A stretch of 64,000 nt of DNA from Clostridium sp. (GCF_051654825.1 NZ_JBOFYU010000035.1:2081-66080), one strand, 5' to 3'; positions 1 through 11,113 are shown, counted from the stretch's first letter. Made by a program: numbers and translations. Notes: a model not told the origin generated them from the letters alone.

Positions 1-2
1 TT

Positions 3-329
3 GCTCAAGGTTTAGATATACATGAACATATAACAAGTCCAACATTTACAATTGTTAATGAATATGATTCTGGAAGACTTAAACTATATCATTTTGATGT
101 TTATCGCGTTAGCGATCCTGATGAAATATATGCAATTGGATTTGATGACTACATATTTTCAAATGGTGTTTCAATTATAGAATGGGCTAATTATATAGAA
201 GAAATACTTCCTTCTGAATATTTACACATACTTATAGAAAAAGATTTAGAAAAAGGTGAAAACTTTAGAAAAATCACTATTACTCCTTATGGAGATAAAT
301 ATAGTTATATAAAGGAGTTAAGCATATGA
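3..329 (+). CDS. tsaE: tRNA threonylcarbamoyladenosine biosynthesis ATPase TsaE, 5'-truncated by the window edge
   Basis: Own translation: ...ITSPTFTIVNEY..LYHFDVYR..IIEWAN; its TGA overlaps the tsaB ATG (ATGA). Confidence 0.92.
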   Translation, partial: AQGLDIHEHITSPTFTIVNEYDSGRLKLYHFDVYRVSDPDEIYAIGFDDYIFSNGVSIIEWANYIEEILPSEYLHILIEKDLEKGENFRKITITPYGDKYSYIKELSI

Positions 330-1042
330 TAGTTTTAAGTATTGATTCATCGTCTCAAGTTGCTACTGCTGCAATTTTAAGAGATGATTGCCTACTTAGT
401 GAATATACAATTAATAACAAGCGAGAACATTCTGTTTTAGTTATGGATATGGTTCAAAACTTATTAAAAGATAATAATTTAGATATTGATGATATTGATG
501 GATTTGTAGTTTCTAAAGGACCTGGTTCATTTACAGGACTTAGAATAGGTATGGCTACAGTTAAAGGTCTTAGCTTTGGATCTAATAAGCCTTATGTAAG
601 TGTTTCAAGCTTAGATGCTCTTGCATATTCATTAATTAACTTCCAAGGTATTATCTGCCCTATAATGGATGCCTTAAGAGATAGTGTTTATACTTGTCTT
701 TATAAAAATATAGATGGTAAGCTAACTCCTATTAGTGATTATTCTGCTTTAGAATTATCTGAGTTAGTAGAATTATTAAAAGAAAAAGGTGAAAATGTTA
801 TCTTTACTGGGGATGGTTTGACTAAGTATAAGGATTACTTAAAGAAAAACTTACCTAATTCGTATTTTGCGCCTAACCATTTAAGTATAGTAAGAGCCTC
901 TTCCCTTGGAGAACTAGGATTAACTTTACTTTCTGAAGGTATTTCTGATGATGCTAATTCTTCTCCTTTATACTTAAAGAAACCTCAAGCAGAAAGAGAA
1001 CTTGAAAAAAGGTTGGCATTAAAAAATGAAAATAGCTTATAA
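326..1042 (+). CDS. tsaB: tRNA t6A biosynthesis protein TsaB
   Basis: LSIDSS, GPGSFTGLRIG and P.Y motifs; follows tsaE. Confidence 0.95.
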   Translation: MIVLSIDSSSQVATAAILRDDCLLSEYTINNKREHSVLVMDMVQNLLKDNNLDIDDIDGFVVSKGPGSFTGLRIGMATVKGLSFGSNKPYVSVSSLDALAYSLINFQGIICPIMDALRDSVYTCLYKNIDGKLTPISDYSALELSELVELLKEKGENVIFTGDGLTKYKDYLKKNLPNSYFAPNHLSIVRASSLGELGLTLLSEGISDDANSSPLYLKKPQAERELEKRLALKNENSL

Positions 1043-1469
1043 TTTGTTAACAACAAATGATATAGATGGAATATTTGATGTTAGTACCAAATGTTCATTT
1101 ACATCTTGGCTGAGATCATCTTACGAATCAGAACTTAATAATCCTATAGCTAAGTATATAGTCGCGAGAGACTTATCAACTAACACCGTTGTAGGATTTA
1201 TAGGAATATGGATAATAGTTGGTGAAGGTGATATTACAAACATTGCTGTACTTCCTGAATATAGACGAAATAAAATTGCATCTAATTTAGTAGAAAAACT
1301 ACTAGAAGTTTGTAATGAAAATAATTGCTATGTTATAAATTTAGAAGTTAGAAGCTCAAATATAGCTGCACAAAATTTATATCAATCTTTTGGTTTTAAA
1401 AAAATAGGATTAAGAAAAGCTTATTATTCTGATAATAAAGAAGATGCTATTCTTATGCAAAAAAACTAG
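1026..1469 (+). CDS. rimI: Ribosomal protein alanine N-acetyltransferase (GNAT)
   Basis: ITNIAV.PEYRR, LEVR.SN..AQ.LY, GLRKAYY; tsaE-tsaB-rimI synteny. Confidence 0.9.
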   Translation: MKIAYNLLTTNDIDGIFDVSTKCSFTSWLRSSYESELNNPIAKYIVARDLSTNTVVGFIGIWIIVGEGDITNIAVLPEYRRNKIASNLVEKLLEVCNENNCYVINLEVRSSNIAAQNLYQSFGFKKIGLRKAYYSDNKEDAILMQKN

Positions 1470-1497
1470 CCACACAATAGTATGGCTAGTTTTTTTT
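1459..1497. terminator. Bidirectional intrinsic terminator between rimI and ribU
   Basis: AAAAAAACTAGCCA...TGGCTAGTTTTTTT inverted repeat between convergent genes. Confidence 0.85.
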
Positions 1498-2086
1498 ACG
1501 CTATTTTAATCTTATCTTTTTTATTTTCAAAGTTTGAGTCAACTTTAAAAATTGCCTTAGAAACTTTTTTATATAGTATATATGTTATTAAACATACTAG
1601 TACTGCCTTTACTCCATTAAAAGGAATTAATCCAACTGCTACATAATTTAAAAGTTCTGCCTTTTCCATTTGCATTCCGTAAGCTGGTAGTAATAAATAA
1701 ACATTTGCTAATATTCCTATTACCTCTATGCTTAATATACCTAATCCCATTCCTAATAAAGCAGATTTTCTACTTTTATTTCTATGATATATCCATGATG
1801 CTGGTACTACTAATGATATTCCTACTATAAAGTTTGCTAATTCTCCAACAAATCCTGATTGTGTTCCCTTAACTAACAATATTAAAATATTTTTAATTAA
1901 TTCTACTACTATTCCAGTCATAGGACCAAATGCAAAAGCTCCCATAAGTGCTGGAATATCACTTAAATCAATTTTTAACCATGGAAATGGCGTAATAGGA
2001 AAATCAAAATACATTAGTACTACTGATATAGCTCCTAAAAGCGATATCTTTACAAATTTGTTTAAATTTTTGTTACTTGTGTTCAT
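1496..2086 (-). CDS. ribU: ECF transporter S component, riboflavin-specific
   Basis: Hydrophobic protein with KIDLSDIPAL.GAFAFGP motif; preceded by an FMN riboswitch. Confidence 0.88.
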   Translation of the reverse strand: MNTSNKNLNKFVKISLLGAISVVLMYFDFPITPFPWLKIDLSDIPALMGAFAFGPMTGIVVELIKNILILLVKGTQSGFVGELANFIVGISLVVPASWIYHRNKSRKSALLGMGLGILSIEVIGILANVYLLLPAYGMQMEKAELLNYVAVGLIPFNGVKAVLVCLITYILYKKVSKAIFKVDSNFENKKDKIKIA

Positions 2087-2133
2087 ACACTATCCCTCCT
2101 AAAATTTATCTTCTAGGGTAATAGTTAGGAAAT

Positions 2134-2167
2134 AAAAAAACTCTGATGCAACACAATTACATCAGAG
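2134..2167 (-). terminator. Attenuator terminator of the FMN riboswitch
   Basis: CTCTGATG/CATCAGAG stem followed by a T-run on the minus strand, between aptamer and ribU. Confidence 0.75.
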
Positions 2168-2230
2168 CTAAAATTCACTTAAACAGATTTATTCTATACC
2201 TATAGCATATAATAAACCATTAAACTACTA

Positions 2231-2340
2231 CCTTCTTTCATCCAGACTATACTGTCGGCTTCGGAATTTAACCGAATCATACTATTTCTAGCTCGCGGGC
2301 TTTACCGCCGGTGGGGAATCTCGCCCCGCCCTGAAGATAT
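2231..2340 (-). ncRNA. FMN riboswitch (RFN element)
   Basis: Minus strand TCTTCAGGGCGGGGCGAGATTCCCCACCGGCGGTAAAGCCCGCGAG...AGCCGACAGTATAGTCTGGATGAAAGAAG matches the RFN consensus. Confidence 0.96.
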
Positions 2341-2356
2341 ATTAAATTATAGTCCC

Positions 2357-2385
2357 ATTATATGTTATAAATATGATTTGTACAA
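2357..2385 (-). promoter_or_regulatory. SigA promoter for FMN riboswitch-ribU
   Basis: TTGTAC-17 nt-TATAAT. Confidence 0.75.
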
Positions 2386-2397
2386 GCTTTTTTAAAA

Positions 2398-4560
2398 TTA
2401 TTCTTGAATATCTTTCATAGATAATGATATTCTATTTCTTTTTGCATCCACTTCCATTATTTTAACTTTAACTATGTCTCCTACTTTGACAATATCTAGT
2501 GGATGCTTTACAAATCTGTTAGCCATTTGACTTTTATGAACTAGCCCATCTTGATGCACTCCAATATCAACAAAAGCACCAAAATCCGATACATTTCTAA
2601 CTGTTCCCATTAATATCATCCCTGAACTTAAATCTTTTAAATCTATAACTCCAGTTTTTAAAATAGGCTTAGGCATTTCTTCTCTTGGATCTCTTCCTGG
2701 TTTTTGTAATTCCTTAATTATATCCTTAAGTGTATGTTCTCCAACTTCTAATTCTTTAACCAAATTATTTAAACCTTTTTCTTTTACTCTTTCTTCTATA
2801 TCTTTAAGGTTCTTATTTTTTAAATCTGCTTTTGTATAATTTAATATTTCAATTAATTTTTTTGCTACATCATATGACTCTGGATGCACTGATGTATTAT
2901 CTAACTCTTCTTTACTTTCTGGAACTCTTAAGAATCCAGCACATTGCTCATAGGCCTTTTGCCCTAGTCTCTTAACCTTAAGTAATTCCTTTCTTGTCTT
3001 AAATGTTCCAGCTTCTTCTCTATATGCTACAATATTATTTGCTATGCTTTGATTTATACCTGCAATATGATTTAGTAATGCTGGTGTCGCAGTATTTAAG
3101 TCTACTCCCACTTTATTTACTGAATCTTCGACTACTCCTACTAATGATTCTTCTAACCTTTTTTGAGTTACATCATGCTGATATTGACCTACACCTATTG
3201 CCTTAGGATCAATTTTAACTAGCTCTGCCATTGGATCTTGAAGTCTTCTTCCTATTGAAATAGCTCCTCTTACAGTAACATCTAAGTCTGGATATTCCTT
3301 TGTTCCAAGCTCTGATGCTGAATATACAGAAGCTCCTGCTTCAGAAACTATTACATATGCAACTTCTCTTCCTGTTTCAGCTTTTATTTCTGATATCATC
3401 TCTGATATTACTTCTTCTGATTCTCTTGATGCAGTCCCATTTCCTAATGATATTACATCTACCTTATGTTTATTTATTAACTCTTTTAATATCTTTTTTG
3501 TTCCAGCTATATCACGCTTAGGGACTGTTGGATATACTGTAACATTTTCTAAAAACTTTCCTGTATCATCTAGTATAGCTATTTTACATCCTGTTCTAAA
3601 CCCTGGATCATAACCCATAACAACCTTTCCTTTTATAGGTGGTTGCATTAATAGAGCCTTAAGATTCTCTTTAAATACCTTTATCGCTCCTTCTTCCCCT
3701 ATATCTGTTAATTCACTTCTAACTTCTCTTTCTATTGAAGGATATATAAGTCTTTTTAAAGAATCTTTTATTGCTAATCTTAAATATTCATCAGTAATAC
3801 TATTATTTTTTAATAAATTATTTTCTAAATAACTTATTATCTTTTCTTCATTTGCTATTATTTTTACAGAAAGTACTTTTTCCTTTTCTCCTCTATTTAT
3901 AGCAAGTATTCTATGCGGTGGTATCTTAGATACATCTTCACTATACTCATAGTACATTTCATATGGAGTATCCTCACCCTTTCCTTTAGATTCTATCTTT
4001 CCTTCTCTTAATACTAATGCTCTTATCCATTTTCTATATTTAGCCTCATCAGAAATCATTTCTGCTATAATATCTAATGCTCCTGAAATAGCATCTTTTT
4101 CATCAGCTACTCCTTTTTCATCATTTATAAATCCTTTAGCTTCTAATGTTATATCACCTTTAAAATTTCCACTACAAATAATATCTGCTAATGGCTTTAA
4201 CCCTTTTTCTAAGGCTATTGTTGCCCTTGTTCTTTTCTTTTGCTTATAAGGTCTATATATATCTTCAACCTCTGTTAACGTAGTTGCCTTTTCTAAAGAT
4301 AAATTTATTTCCTTAGTTAATTTTCCTTGTTCATCTATTAATCTTAAAACATCTAATTTTCTATCTTTTAAATTTCTAAGATAAGTTAATCTTTCTTGAA
4401 ACTTTCTTAAAACCTCATCAGTTAATGCACCTGTTTGTTCTTTTCTATATCTAGATATAAAAGGAACTGTATTCCCTTCGTCAAGTAATGCAATAACATT
4501 GTTTACTTGACTAAGCTTTAAGCCTAATTCTTCTTCTAAACGTTGTTCAATATTAACCAT
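2398..4560 (-). CDS. tex: Tex family transcription accessory protein with C-terminal S1 domain
   Basis: TVPFISRYRKE, GYDPGFRTGCK, VSEAGASVY, S1 domain FGAFVDIGVHQDGLVH. Confidence 0.95.
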   Translation of the reverse strand: MVNIEQRLEEELGLKLSQVNNVIALLDEGNTVPFISRYRKEQTGALTDEVLRKFQERLTYLRNLKDRKLDVLRLIDEQGKLTKEINLSLEKATTLTEVEDIYRPYKQKKRTRATIALEKGLKPLADIICSGNFKGDITLEAKGFINDEKGVADEKDAISGALDIIAEMISDEAKYRKWIRALVLREGKIESKGKGEDTPYEMYYEYSEDVSKIPPHRILAINRGEKEKVLSVKIIANEEKIISYLENNLLKNNSITDEYLRLAIKDSLKRLIYPSIEREVRSELTDIGEEGAIKVFKENLKALLMQPPIKGKVVMGYDPGFRTGCKIAILDDTGKFLENVTVYPTVPKRDIAGTKKILKELINKHKVDVISLGNGTASRESEEVISEMISEIKAETGREVAYVIVSEAGASVYSASELGTKEYPDLDVTVRGAISIGRRLQDPMAELVKIDPKAIGVGQYQHDVTQKRLEESLVGVVEDSVNKVGVDLNTATPALLNHIAGINQSIANNIVAYREEAGTFKTRKELLKVKRLGQKAYEQCAGFLRVPESKEELDNTSVHPESYDVAKKLIEILNYTKADLKNKNLKDIEERVKEKGLNNLVKELEVGEHTLKDIIKELQKPGRDPREEMPKPILKTGVIDLKDLSSGMILMGTVRNVSDFGAFVDIGVHQDGLVHKSQMANRFVKHPLDIVKVGDIVKVKIMEVDAKRNRISLSMKDIQE

Positions 4561-4718
4561 TTATTCCTCCTAAAACTCTCGTCAAATTTTACATAATGAT
4601 ACTATAATTATAATATTATTTACAAGTAATACAATGAAATATATTCTACATAATTTTTATTTTCTCTAATGCTGTAAAATATATTAAAATTGAATCTATT
4701 TAACACTAATGAACATTA

Positions 4719-4747
4719 TTGATATTATGTCTATAAAGAAGTATAAT
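4719..4747 (+). promoter_or_regulatory. SigA promoter
   Basis: TTGATA-17 nt-TATAAT upstream of the 4781 gene. Confidence 0.65.
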
Positions 4748-4780
4748 CTATTTGTAAATATTTTACAGATAGGTGATTGT

Positions 4781-5122
4781 ATGGATAAATTTATTTTTGT
4801 TATCAATAAAATAACTAGCATTTTACTTATATTTTTTATAGTTTTATTAGCTTTAAGCCAATATTCTATTATTCAAATATCAGATACTCTTAAAAGTATT
4901 TGTTATTTCTTATCTTTAGTTTTAATTATATTATCTTCTACACGGGAGCTTTTTACTACTAATTCAGGATTTTCAAAATTTATTAGTATTTCTATCCTAT
5001 TATCCTCATTAATAGGTGGAATTTTTGCCATAATTAATAGCGAATTAAATATATTTATTTATATATGTATTTTATTTTCATTAATCTTTGGGTTAATTGA
5101 TTTAGTTTATAAAAAAGCTTAA
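4781..5122 (+). CDS. Hypothetical small membrane protein, about 4 TM segments
   Basis: Very hydrophobic ORF; AGGTGA SD places the start at ATG 4781, not 4709. Confidence 0.7.
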   Translation: MDKFIFVINKITSILLIFFIVLLALSQYSIIQISDTLKSICYFLSLVLIILSSTRELFTTNSGFSKFISISILLSSLIGGIFAIINSELNIFIYICILFSLIFGLIDLVYKKA

Positions 5123-5208
5123 CTTAATTAAACATATTTTAGATTATTTCTCATAATTCTATATCTCAAGTAATAGTATTAATTAAAACTATTATTTGAG
5201 GTATTTTT

Positions 5209-6561
5209 ATGAAGAAAAAATTTCTTTACTATTTTACATTAATTTCATGTATTTTATTATTATGCTTATCTAGCTATTTTAATATTACATATTCATCCTT
5301 TAACCCTGAAAAGGTAAAGGAAAGTATTACTGTTTTATCATCGCAAACTTATAATGGTCGTTTACCTGGTAGTAATGAAAACACTCTAGTTAGTGAAGCT
5401 ATTAGAAAATCTTTTGAAGATTCTAAGCTTTCTCCATTAAACGAATCATATAAGGAAGACTTTACTACAACATGCCCTGTTAAAACTAACACCGCACCTT
5501 ATATAAAATTTTATGAAAATGGTGATATTGCTAAAGAATTAACCTATGGCAAAGATTTTAAAGAAGATATGCTTAACTTTAAAATTAATTCTATTACTTT
5601 TTCTAAAGAAAATACTATTAATATTTATACTAGATCCATAGACGTAACTACACCTGAAGGAACATGCTTATTTTACGTATCTGACAAAGATGATTTTTCC
5701 TTTAGGAGTTCTTTTATGAGCAACTGCCCTTATGATATGGTTATAATGATTACTACTAATACTTATAATGCTATTTTAGATTCTATTAGAAACGGGTTGG
5801 AAGTTGCTATTCATATTCCATTTTCAACTGAAGAAAAAAGCATATCAAATGTTGTTGGTGTTATAGAAGGTAAATCAAAAGACCTTCCTCCACTTGTTTT
5901 AACAGCTCATTACGATCACCTTGGAAGTGATGGTCTAGGAAATATATATTGGGGTGCTTTAGATAATGCTTCTGGAACTTCTTTTCTTTTAGAATTACAA
6001 AGAAGCCTATCAACTTATGCTAAACCTAATAGAGATATTATTTTTGTTGCTTTAAATGCTGAAGAATTTGGTTTATTAGGCTCTAAGGCATTTGCAGAAG
6101 GTAACTTAGAAATTTTAAAAGGTGCTGAAGTAATTAACTTCGATATGATTGGTGCTAAGGACTTTCCAATAACATTTATGCAAGGCGCAAACTTTAAAGA
6201 TAAAGATTCAGATTTATTAAAATCTATTCAAGAAATATGTACTAAAAATAATGTTCCATTTGAAGTAACGTATCAAGATTCTAGTGATCATGCAAGCTTT
6301 AATAATTTAGGAATTGATTCATTAAGCTTTTGTCATAGTGATATGAGTAGAATTCATACCCCTAATGATAAAGTTGATGTAATAGACTTAGATGCTATTG
6401 AAAGCGTATATAATGTAGTTGAGGAAAAAATATTCGATTCCTCTTATAGCAAGATGTCTAATTTCTTATATAGTAAATATTCTATGATTACTTTTTCTTC
6501 TTTATTAGTAATCTTACTACTTGTAGGATTTATTAGTAGAAATAAGAAAAATAATCTTTAA
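5209..6561 (+). CDS. M28 family metallo-aminopeptidase with signal peptide and C-terminal TM anchor
   Basis: AHYDHLG, GALDNASG, NAEEFGLLGS, NFDMIG, SDHASF, HTPND motifs. Confidence 0.88.
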   Translation: MKKKFLYYFTLISCILLLCLSSYFNITYSSFNPEKVKESITVLSSQTYNGRLPGSNENTLVSEAIRKSFEDSKLSPLNESYKEDFTTTCPVKTNTAPYIKFYENGDIAKELTYGKDFKEDMLNFKINSITFSKENTINIYTRSIDVTTPEGTCLFYVSDKDDFSFRSSFMSNCPYDMVIMITTNTYNAILDSIRNGLEVAIHIPFSTEEKSISNVVGVIEGKSKDLPPLVLTAHYDHLGSDGLGNIYWGALDNASGTSFLLELQRSLSTYAKPNRDIIFVALNAEEFGLLGSKAFAEGNLEILKGAEVINFDMIGAKDFPITFMQGANFKDKDSDLLKSIQEICTKNNVPFEVTYQDSSDHASFNNLGIDSLSFCHSDMSRIHTPNDKVDVIDLDAIESVYNVVEEKIFDSSYSKMSNFLYSKYSMITFSSLLVILLLVGFISRNKKNNL

Positions 6562-6597
6562 TAAATAGACTAATATCTAATTTTATAATTTAAAGAA

Positions 6598-6658
6598 AAG
6601 CACCTAGAAATATTAATGTATCTACGCTTTAGATACATTAATATTCGTCTAGATGCTT
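6598..6658. terminator. Long hairpin between convergent peptidase and prfB genes
   Basis: Perfect 16-bp core AATATTAATGTATCTA/TAGATACATTAATATT plus outer pairing. Confidence 0.7.
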
Positions 6659-6712
6659 CTATAATATACTAGTATTAATTTAACTCTATAGTTCACTTTA
6701 ATTAATCATAAC

Positions 6713-7811
6713 TTAACTTTGCTTTAAAAATGCACTTATAAAATTATCTATTTCCCCATTCATTACAGAATTTAAGTTTGCAGTTTCTTCACCAGTTCTA
6801 TGATCTTTAACCATATTATATGGATGGAAAACATATGACCTTATCTGGCTACCCCACCCCATATCTTTTAACTCACCTGTTAAATCTTCTATTTTTTCCT
6901 TATGAGCTCTATCCTTCAGCTCTATAAGCTTAGATTTTAACATATTCATAGCTGAATCCTTGTTTGAAAATTGACTTCTTTCATTTTGACATTGAACTAC
7001 TATTCCAGTTGGAATATGAGTAATTCTTATAGCTGATTCAGTTTTATTAACATGCTGACCACCAGCTCCACTTGCTCTATATGTGTCAATTCTTAAGTCA
7101 TCAGCCTTTATTTCTATATCTTGATCCTTAGTTAATTCAGGTAAAACTTCTAATGAAGCAAAAGATGTTTGCCTTTTACCATTTGCATTAAATGGTGATA
7201 TTCTAACTAGTCTATGTACTCCCTTTTCTGCCTTAAGATAACCATATGCAAATTCACCCTTTACCTTTAATGTGACACTTTTAATTCCAGCTTCATCACC
7301 TTGTATTAAATCTAGTACGTCAACCTTAAAGCCTTTTTTTTCACACCATCTTGTGTACATTCTTAAAAGCATATCAGTCCAATCATTTGCATCTGAACCA
7401 CCTACACCTGCATGTAACGTTAAAATAACATCATTTCTATCATATTCTCCAGAAAGTAATATCTCTATCTTATATTCATCTACTTCTTTTTCAATAGATT
7501 TTATTTCATTTATTATTTCTTCTGCAGATTCATTATCATCTTCTTCCATGATTTCTGCTAAAACTTCCACATCATCTACTCTTCTAATAAGTGAATCATA
7601 TCTTTCTATTTTATCTTTTATCCTTTTACTTTCCTTAGTTACTTCCTCAGCTCTTTTTATATCATCCCAAAAGCCTTTTTCTTGCATTTGCAAATCTAAT
7701 TCAGCTACTTGCTTTTCTAGTGCTCCCTTGTCAAAGAGAAGCCCCCATTTCTTCTATGTTATTTTTAATTGCACTAAGCTTTGATAGCTCATTTTCTAAT
7801 TGAATTAACAT
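6713..7811 (-). CDS. prfB: Peptide chain release factor 2, decoded by a programmed +1 frameshift
   Basis: GGQ and SPF motifs; upstream frame MLIQLENE...MGASL-TGA from ATG 7811, with CTT-TGA-C at 7736-7730 joining the main ORF. Confidence 0.96.
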
Positions 7812-7856
7812 TTATTCACATCCTAACTATATTAATTAAAAATATTCTTTGTAGTG

Positions 7857-7882
7857 AAAAAAGTGCCCTAAGGCACTTTTTT
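7857..7882 (-). terminator. Intrinsic terminator after secA
   Basis: AAAAAAGTGCC-n4-GGCACTTTTTT. Confidence 0.75.
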
Positions 7883-7883
7883 A

Positions 7884-10400
7884 TTATACTTCCCTACCGC
7901 AGCAGTTCTTATACTTTTTACCGCTTCCACAACTACATAAGTCGTTTCTTCCAGCAGTTTCTTCTTTTCTTACAGGTTGCTTTTTAGCATCTGTTCCTTC
8001 ACCGCCACCATGGCTAGCTCCAGTTTCTTCTGCAACTCTTTCTCTTTCAACTGGTCTTTCAGCTTTAAGATGGAATAAGAATTTAACGGTTTCAATTTTT
8101 ATCCCTTCAATCATTTCCTCAAACATTGTACTACCTTCCATTTGGTATGCTTGAGTAGGATCTATTTGCTTGTATGCTCTTAATCCAATTCCTTGCTTTA
8201 AATGATCCATGTTATCTATATGAGCCATCCATTTTTGGTCAACAACTCTTAATAAAATAACTCTTTCAACTTCTCTAAATTGTTCTTCACCAAACTCTAA
8301 TTCTTTACCTCTATATACTTCTAATAATAAATTAGATATCTTTTCTATCATTTCCTCGTTAGATAAATCAATTAAATCTTCAACTGTAAATCTTCCATGA
8401 GGTAAACATAAGTCTTCAAGATATTGAATCATCTTCTTTATTTCTTCTTCATAATTATCTTCAATTCCATCTAAATGAGCTTTAACTGCATCTGAAACTA
8501 CTTCTATTATCATAGATTCAATTTGTTCTTTAAGGTTTTTACCTTCTAGAACTTCTGCTCTTTGTCTATAAATAACTTCTCTTTGCATATTCATAACATC
8601 ATCATATCCGATAAGGTTCTTTCTTATATCAAAGTTGTTACCTTCAACTTTCTTTTGAGCATTTTCTAAAGCTCTACTTACCATTTTATGATCAATAGCT
8701 TCATCATCTTCTAATCCTAGTTTTTCCATAAGCCCTTGAATCTTTTCTGATCCAAATATTCTCATTAAATCATCTTCTAATGATATGAAGAATGTTGATG
8801 CTCCTGGATCACCTTGACGTCCTGCTCTACCTCTTAACTGATTATCTATTCTTCTTGATTCATGTCTTTCAGTACCAATAATTTTAAGTCCGCCAGCTTC
8901 TCTAACACCTTCACCTAGCTTTATATCCGTACCTCTACCAGCCATATTTGTAGCTATAGTAACCATTCCAAATTCACCAGCATGAGTAATTATCTCTGCT
9001 TCTTGTTCATGGTATTTAGCATTAAGCACTTGATGCTTAACCCCTCTTTTCTTTAATAAGCTTGAAATATATTCTGACTTTTCAATACTTACAGTACCAA
9101 CTAAAACTGGTTGACCCTTTTTATTAGCTTCTATTATTTCTTCAACAATAGCATTGTACTTACCTTTTGCATTTTTATAAATTAAATCAGTATTATCTAT
9201 TCTTGCTACTGGTCTATGTGTAGGCACAACTATAACGTCTAAAGAATAAATTTCTCTAAATTCATTTTCTTCTGTTAATGCTGTTCCTGTCATTCCTGAT
9301 AACTTTTCATACATTCTGAAATAATTTTGGAATGTTATTGTTGCTAAAGTTTTAGATTCTCTTTCAATCTTAACTCCTTCTTTAGCTTCAATTGCTTGGT
9401 GAAGACCATCTGAATATCTTCTACCTTCCATAAGTCTACCTGTAAATTCATCAACTATAATAACTTGATCATCTTTTACCATGTAGTCTTTATCTAATTT
9501 CATAGTGTAGTTTGCTTTTAAAGCTTGTGTTATATAATGTTGTAATTCTAAATGTTCAGCATCTGCATAGTTATCTATTCCAAATGCTCTTTCTGCTCTA
9601 GCTATCCCATCTTCTGTTAGCATAACTGCATTAGCTTTTTCATCTATAGTGAAATCTCTTTCTGCTAACAGCTGTTTTACAAAGTTATCTGCAACATTGT
9701 AGAACTTAGTTGATTTTTCTCCAGCTCCTGAAATTATAAGTGGAGTTCTAGCTTCATCTATAAGGATTGAGTCAACTTCATCAACTACAGCAAAGTTTAA
9801 TTCTCTTTGTACTCTTTCCTCTTTATAAATAACCATGTTATCTCTTAAATAATCAAAACCAAATTCATTATTAGTTCCATAAGTAATGTCTGAGCCATAA
9901 GCTGCTCTTCTTTCATCAGGAGTTAATCCATGAACTATACAACCTGATGTTAATCCTAAGAAACTATATAATCTTCCCATTTCTTCTTGGTCTCTTTTTG
10001 CAAGGTAATCATTAACAGTAATTAAATGAACCCCTTTACCAGTAAGAGCATTTAAATATAAAGGAAGTGTTGCAACTAATGTTTTACCTTCCCCTGTTTT
10101 CATTTCAGCTATTCTTCCTTGATGTAATACCATTCCACCAATTAATTGAACTCTGTAATGTCTCATTCCAAGAACTCTTTTGGAAGCTTCTCTACATACA
10201 GCAAAAGCTTCTGGTAATATGTGATCTAATGATTCACCTTCTGATATTCTCTTTTTAAACTCTTCCGTTTTTCCTCTTAGTTCATCATCAGAAAGCTTTT
10301 GCATATCTGCTTCTAATGCTTCAACTTTATCTGCCGTTTTTTGTAATCTTTTTACTTCTTTCTCACTATACGTCCCAAATATTTTTTCTAAGAATCCCAT
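7884..10400 (-). CDS. secA: Preprotein translocase ATPase SecA
   Basis: [39 protein letters not shown]-terminal [14 protein letters not shown]. Confidence 0.98.
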   Translation of the reverse strand: MGFLEKIFGTYSEKEVKRLQKTADKVEALEADMQKLSDDELRGKTEEFKKRISEGESLDHILPEAFAVCREASKRVLGMRHYRVQLIGGMVLHQGRIAEMKTGEGKTLVATLPLYLNALTGKGVHLITVNDYLAKRDQEEMGRLYSFLGLTSGCIVHGLTPDERRAAYGSDITYGTNNEFGFDYLRDNMVIYKEERVQRELNFAVVDEVDSILIDEARTPLIISGAGEKSTKFYNVADNFVKQLLAERDFTIDEKANAVMLTEDGIARAERAFGIDNYADAEHLELQHYITQALKANYTMKLDKDYMVKDDQVIIVDEFTGRLMEGRRYSDGLHQAIEAKEGVKIERESKTLATITFQNYFRMYEKLSGMTGTALTEENEFREIYSLDVIVVPTHRPVARIDNTDLIYKNAKGKYNAIVEEIIEANKKGQPVLVGTVSIEKSEYISSLLKKRGVKHQVLNAKYHEQEAEIITHAGEFGMVTIATNMAGRGTDIKLGEGVREAGGLKIIGTERHESRRIDNQLRGRAGRQGDPGASTFFISLEDDLMRIFGSEKIQGLMEKLGLEDDEAIDHKMVSRALENAQKKVEGNNFDIRKNLIGYDDVMNMQREVIYRQRAEVLEGKNLKEQIESMIIEVVSDAVKAHLDGIEDNYEEEIKKMIQYLEDLCLPHGRFTVEDLIDLSNEEMIEKISNLLLEVYRGKELEFGEEQFREVERVILLRVVDQKWMAHIDNMDHLKQGIGLRAYKQIDPTQAYQMEGSTMFEEMIEGIKIETVKFLFHLKAERPVERERVAEETGASHGGGEGTDAKKQPVRKEETAGRNDLCSCGSGKKYKNCCGREV

Positions 10401-10582
10401 ATTTCTTATCCTTCCAATCGTATCTTATTTTGCGTAAATTTTATACCTTTAAGAAACCATTTCTTTCTTTGTATAAATTATACCATTTTCACCCTTATAA
10501 GTTCAAGAAAATAACATAAATAACATTCTTAATAAAAAATGAAGTGCATAAACACTTCATTTTTTATTTATACTTATAAACT

Positions 10583-11113
10583 TTATATATATTCAGGTTC
10601 TAACAAACCATAATCTCCATCTTTTCTTTTATACATAACACATAATTTATTTTCATCTGAATCTTGATATACAAAGAAATTATGTCCTAATAATTCCATT
10701 TGTAAAACTGCTTCATCTGATGACATTGGCTTTATGCCAAATCTTTTTACCTTAACAAGCTTTCCATCATTTTTATCTTGTTCAATAGCAACTTCATCTA
10801 AACCATGGAATCTTAATGATTCATTATTTCTTCTTGATAGTTTAGTTCTTTGCTTTCTTATTTGTCTTTCTAGCTTTTGTTCCACTAAGTCAATAGATTT
10901 ATACATATCATCAGTATGTTCTTCAGCTCGTAATATAACTCCATTAAAAGGTATTGTTACCTCTACTTTTTGTCTGTTCTTTTGTACTGATAGTGTAGCC
11001 TTAGCTTCAATTTCAGGTGAGAAGTATCTGCTAATTTTTGAAATCTTTTTTTCTACCATTTCTTTTATCGCTGGTGTTAAATCAATATTTTTTGCTATTA
11101 CTGTGACTTTCAT
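10583..11113 (-). CDS. hpf: Long-form ribosome hibernation promoting factor
   Basis: DMYKSID...KLERQIRK.RTK and C-terminal KPM..DEAVLQMELLGH.FF. Confidence 0.95.
   Translation of the reverse strand: MKVTVIAKNIDLTPAIKEMVEKKISKISRYFSPEIEAKATLSVQKNRQKVEVTIPFNGVILRAEEHTDDMYKSIDLVEQKLERQIRKQRTKLSRRNNESLRFHGLDEVAIEQDKNDGKLVKVKRFGIKPMSSDEAVLQMELLGHNFFVYQDSDENKLCVMYKRKDGDYGLLEPEYI

Noticed and set aside
3003-3521. Leu-rich short ORFs; the many similar 60-140 aa antisense ORFs in the track were treated the same way
   Set aside because: They lie wholly opposite well-supported genes and reflect codon bias
4709-4780. Longer start offered by the ORF track for the membrane protein
   Set aside because: This stretch contains the promoter and SD; ATG 4781 fits better
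7272-7987. Plus-strand ORFs of 170 and 68 aa
   Set aside because: Antisense shadows of prfB and secA with Ser/Phe/Leu-biased composition
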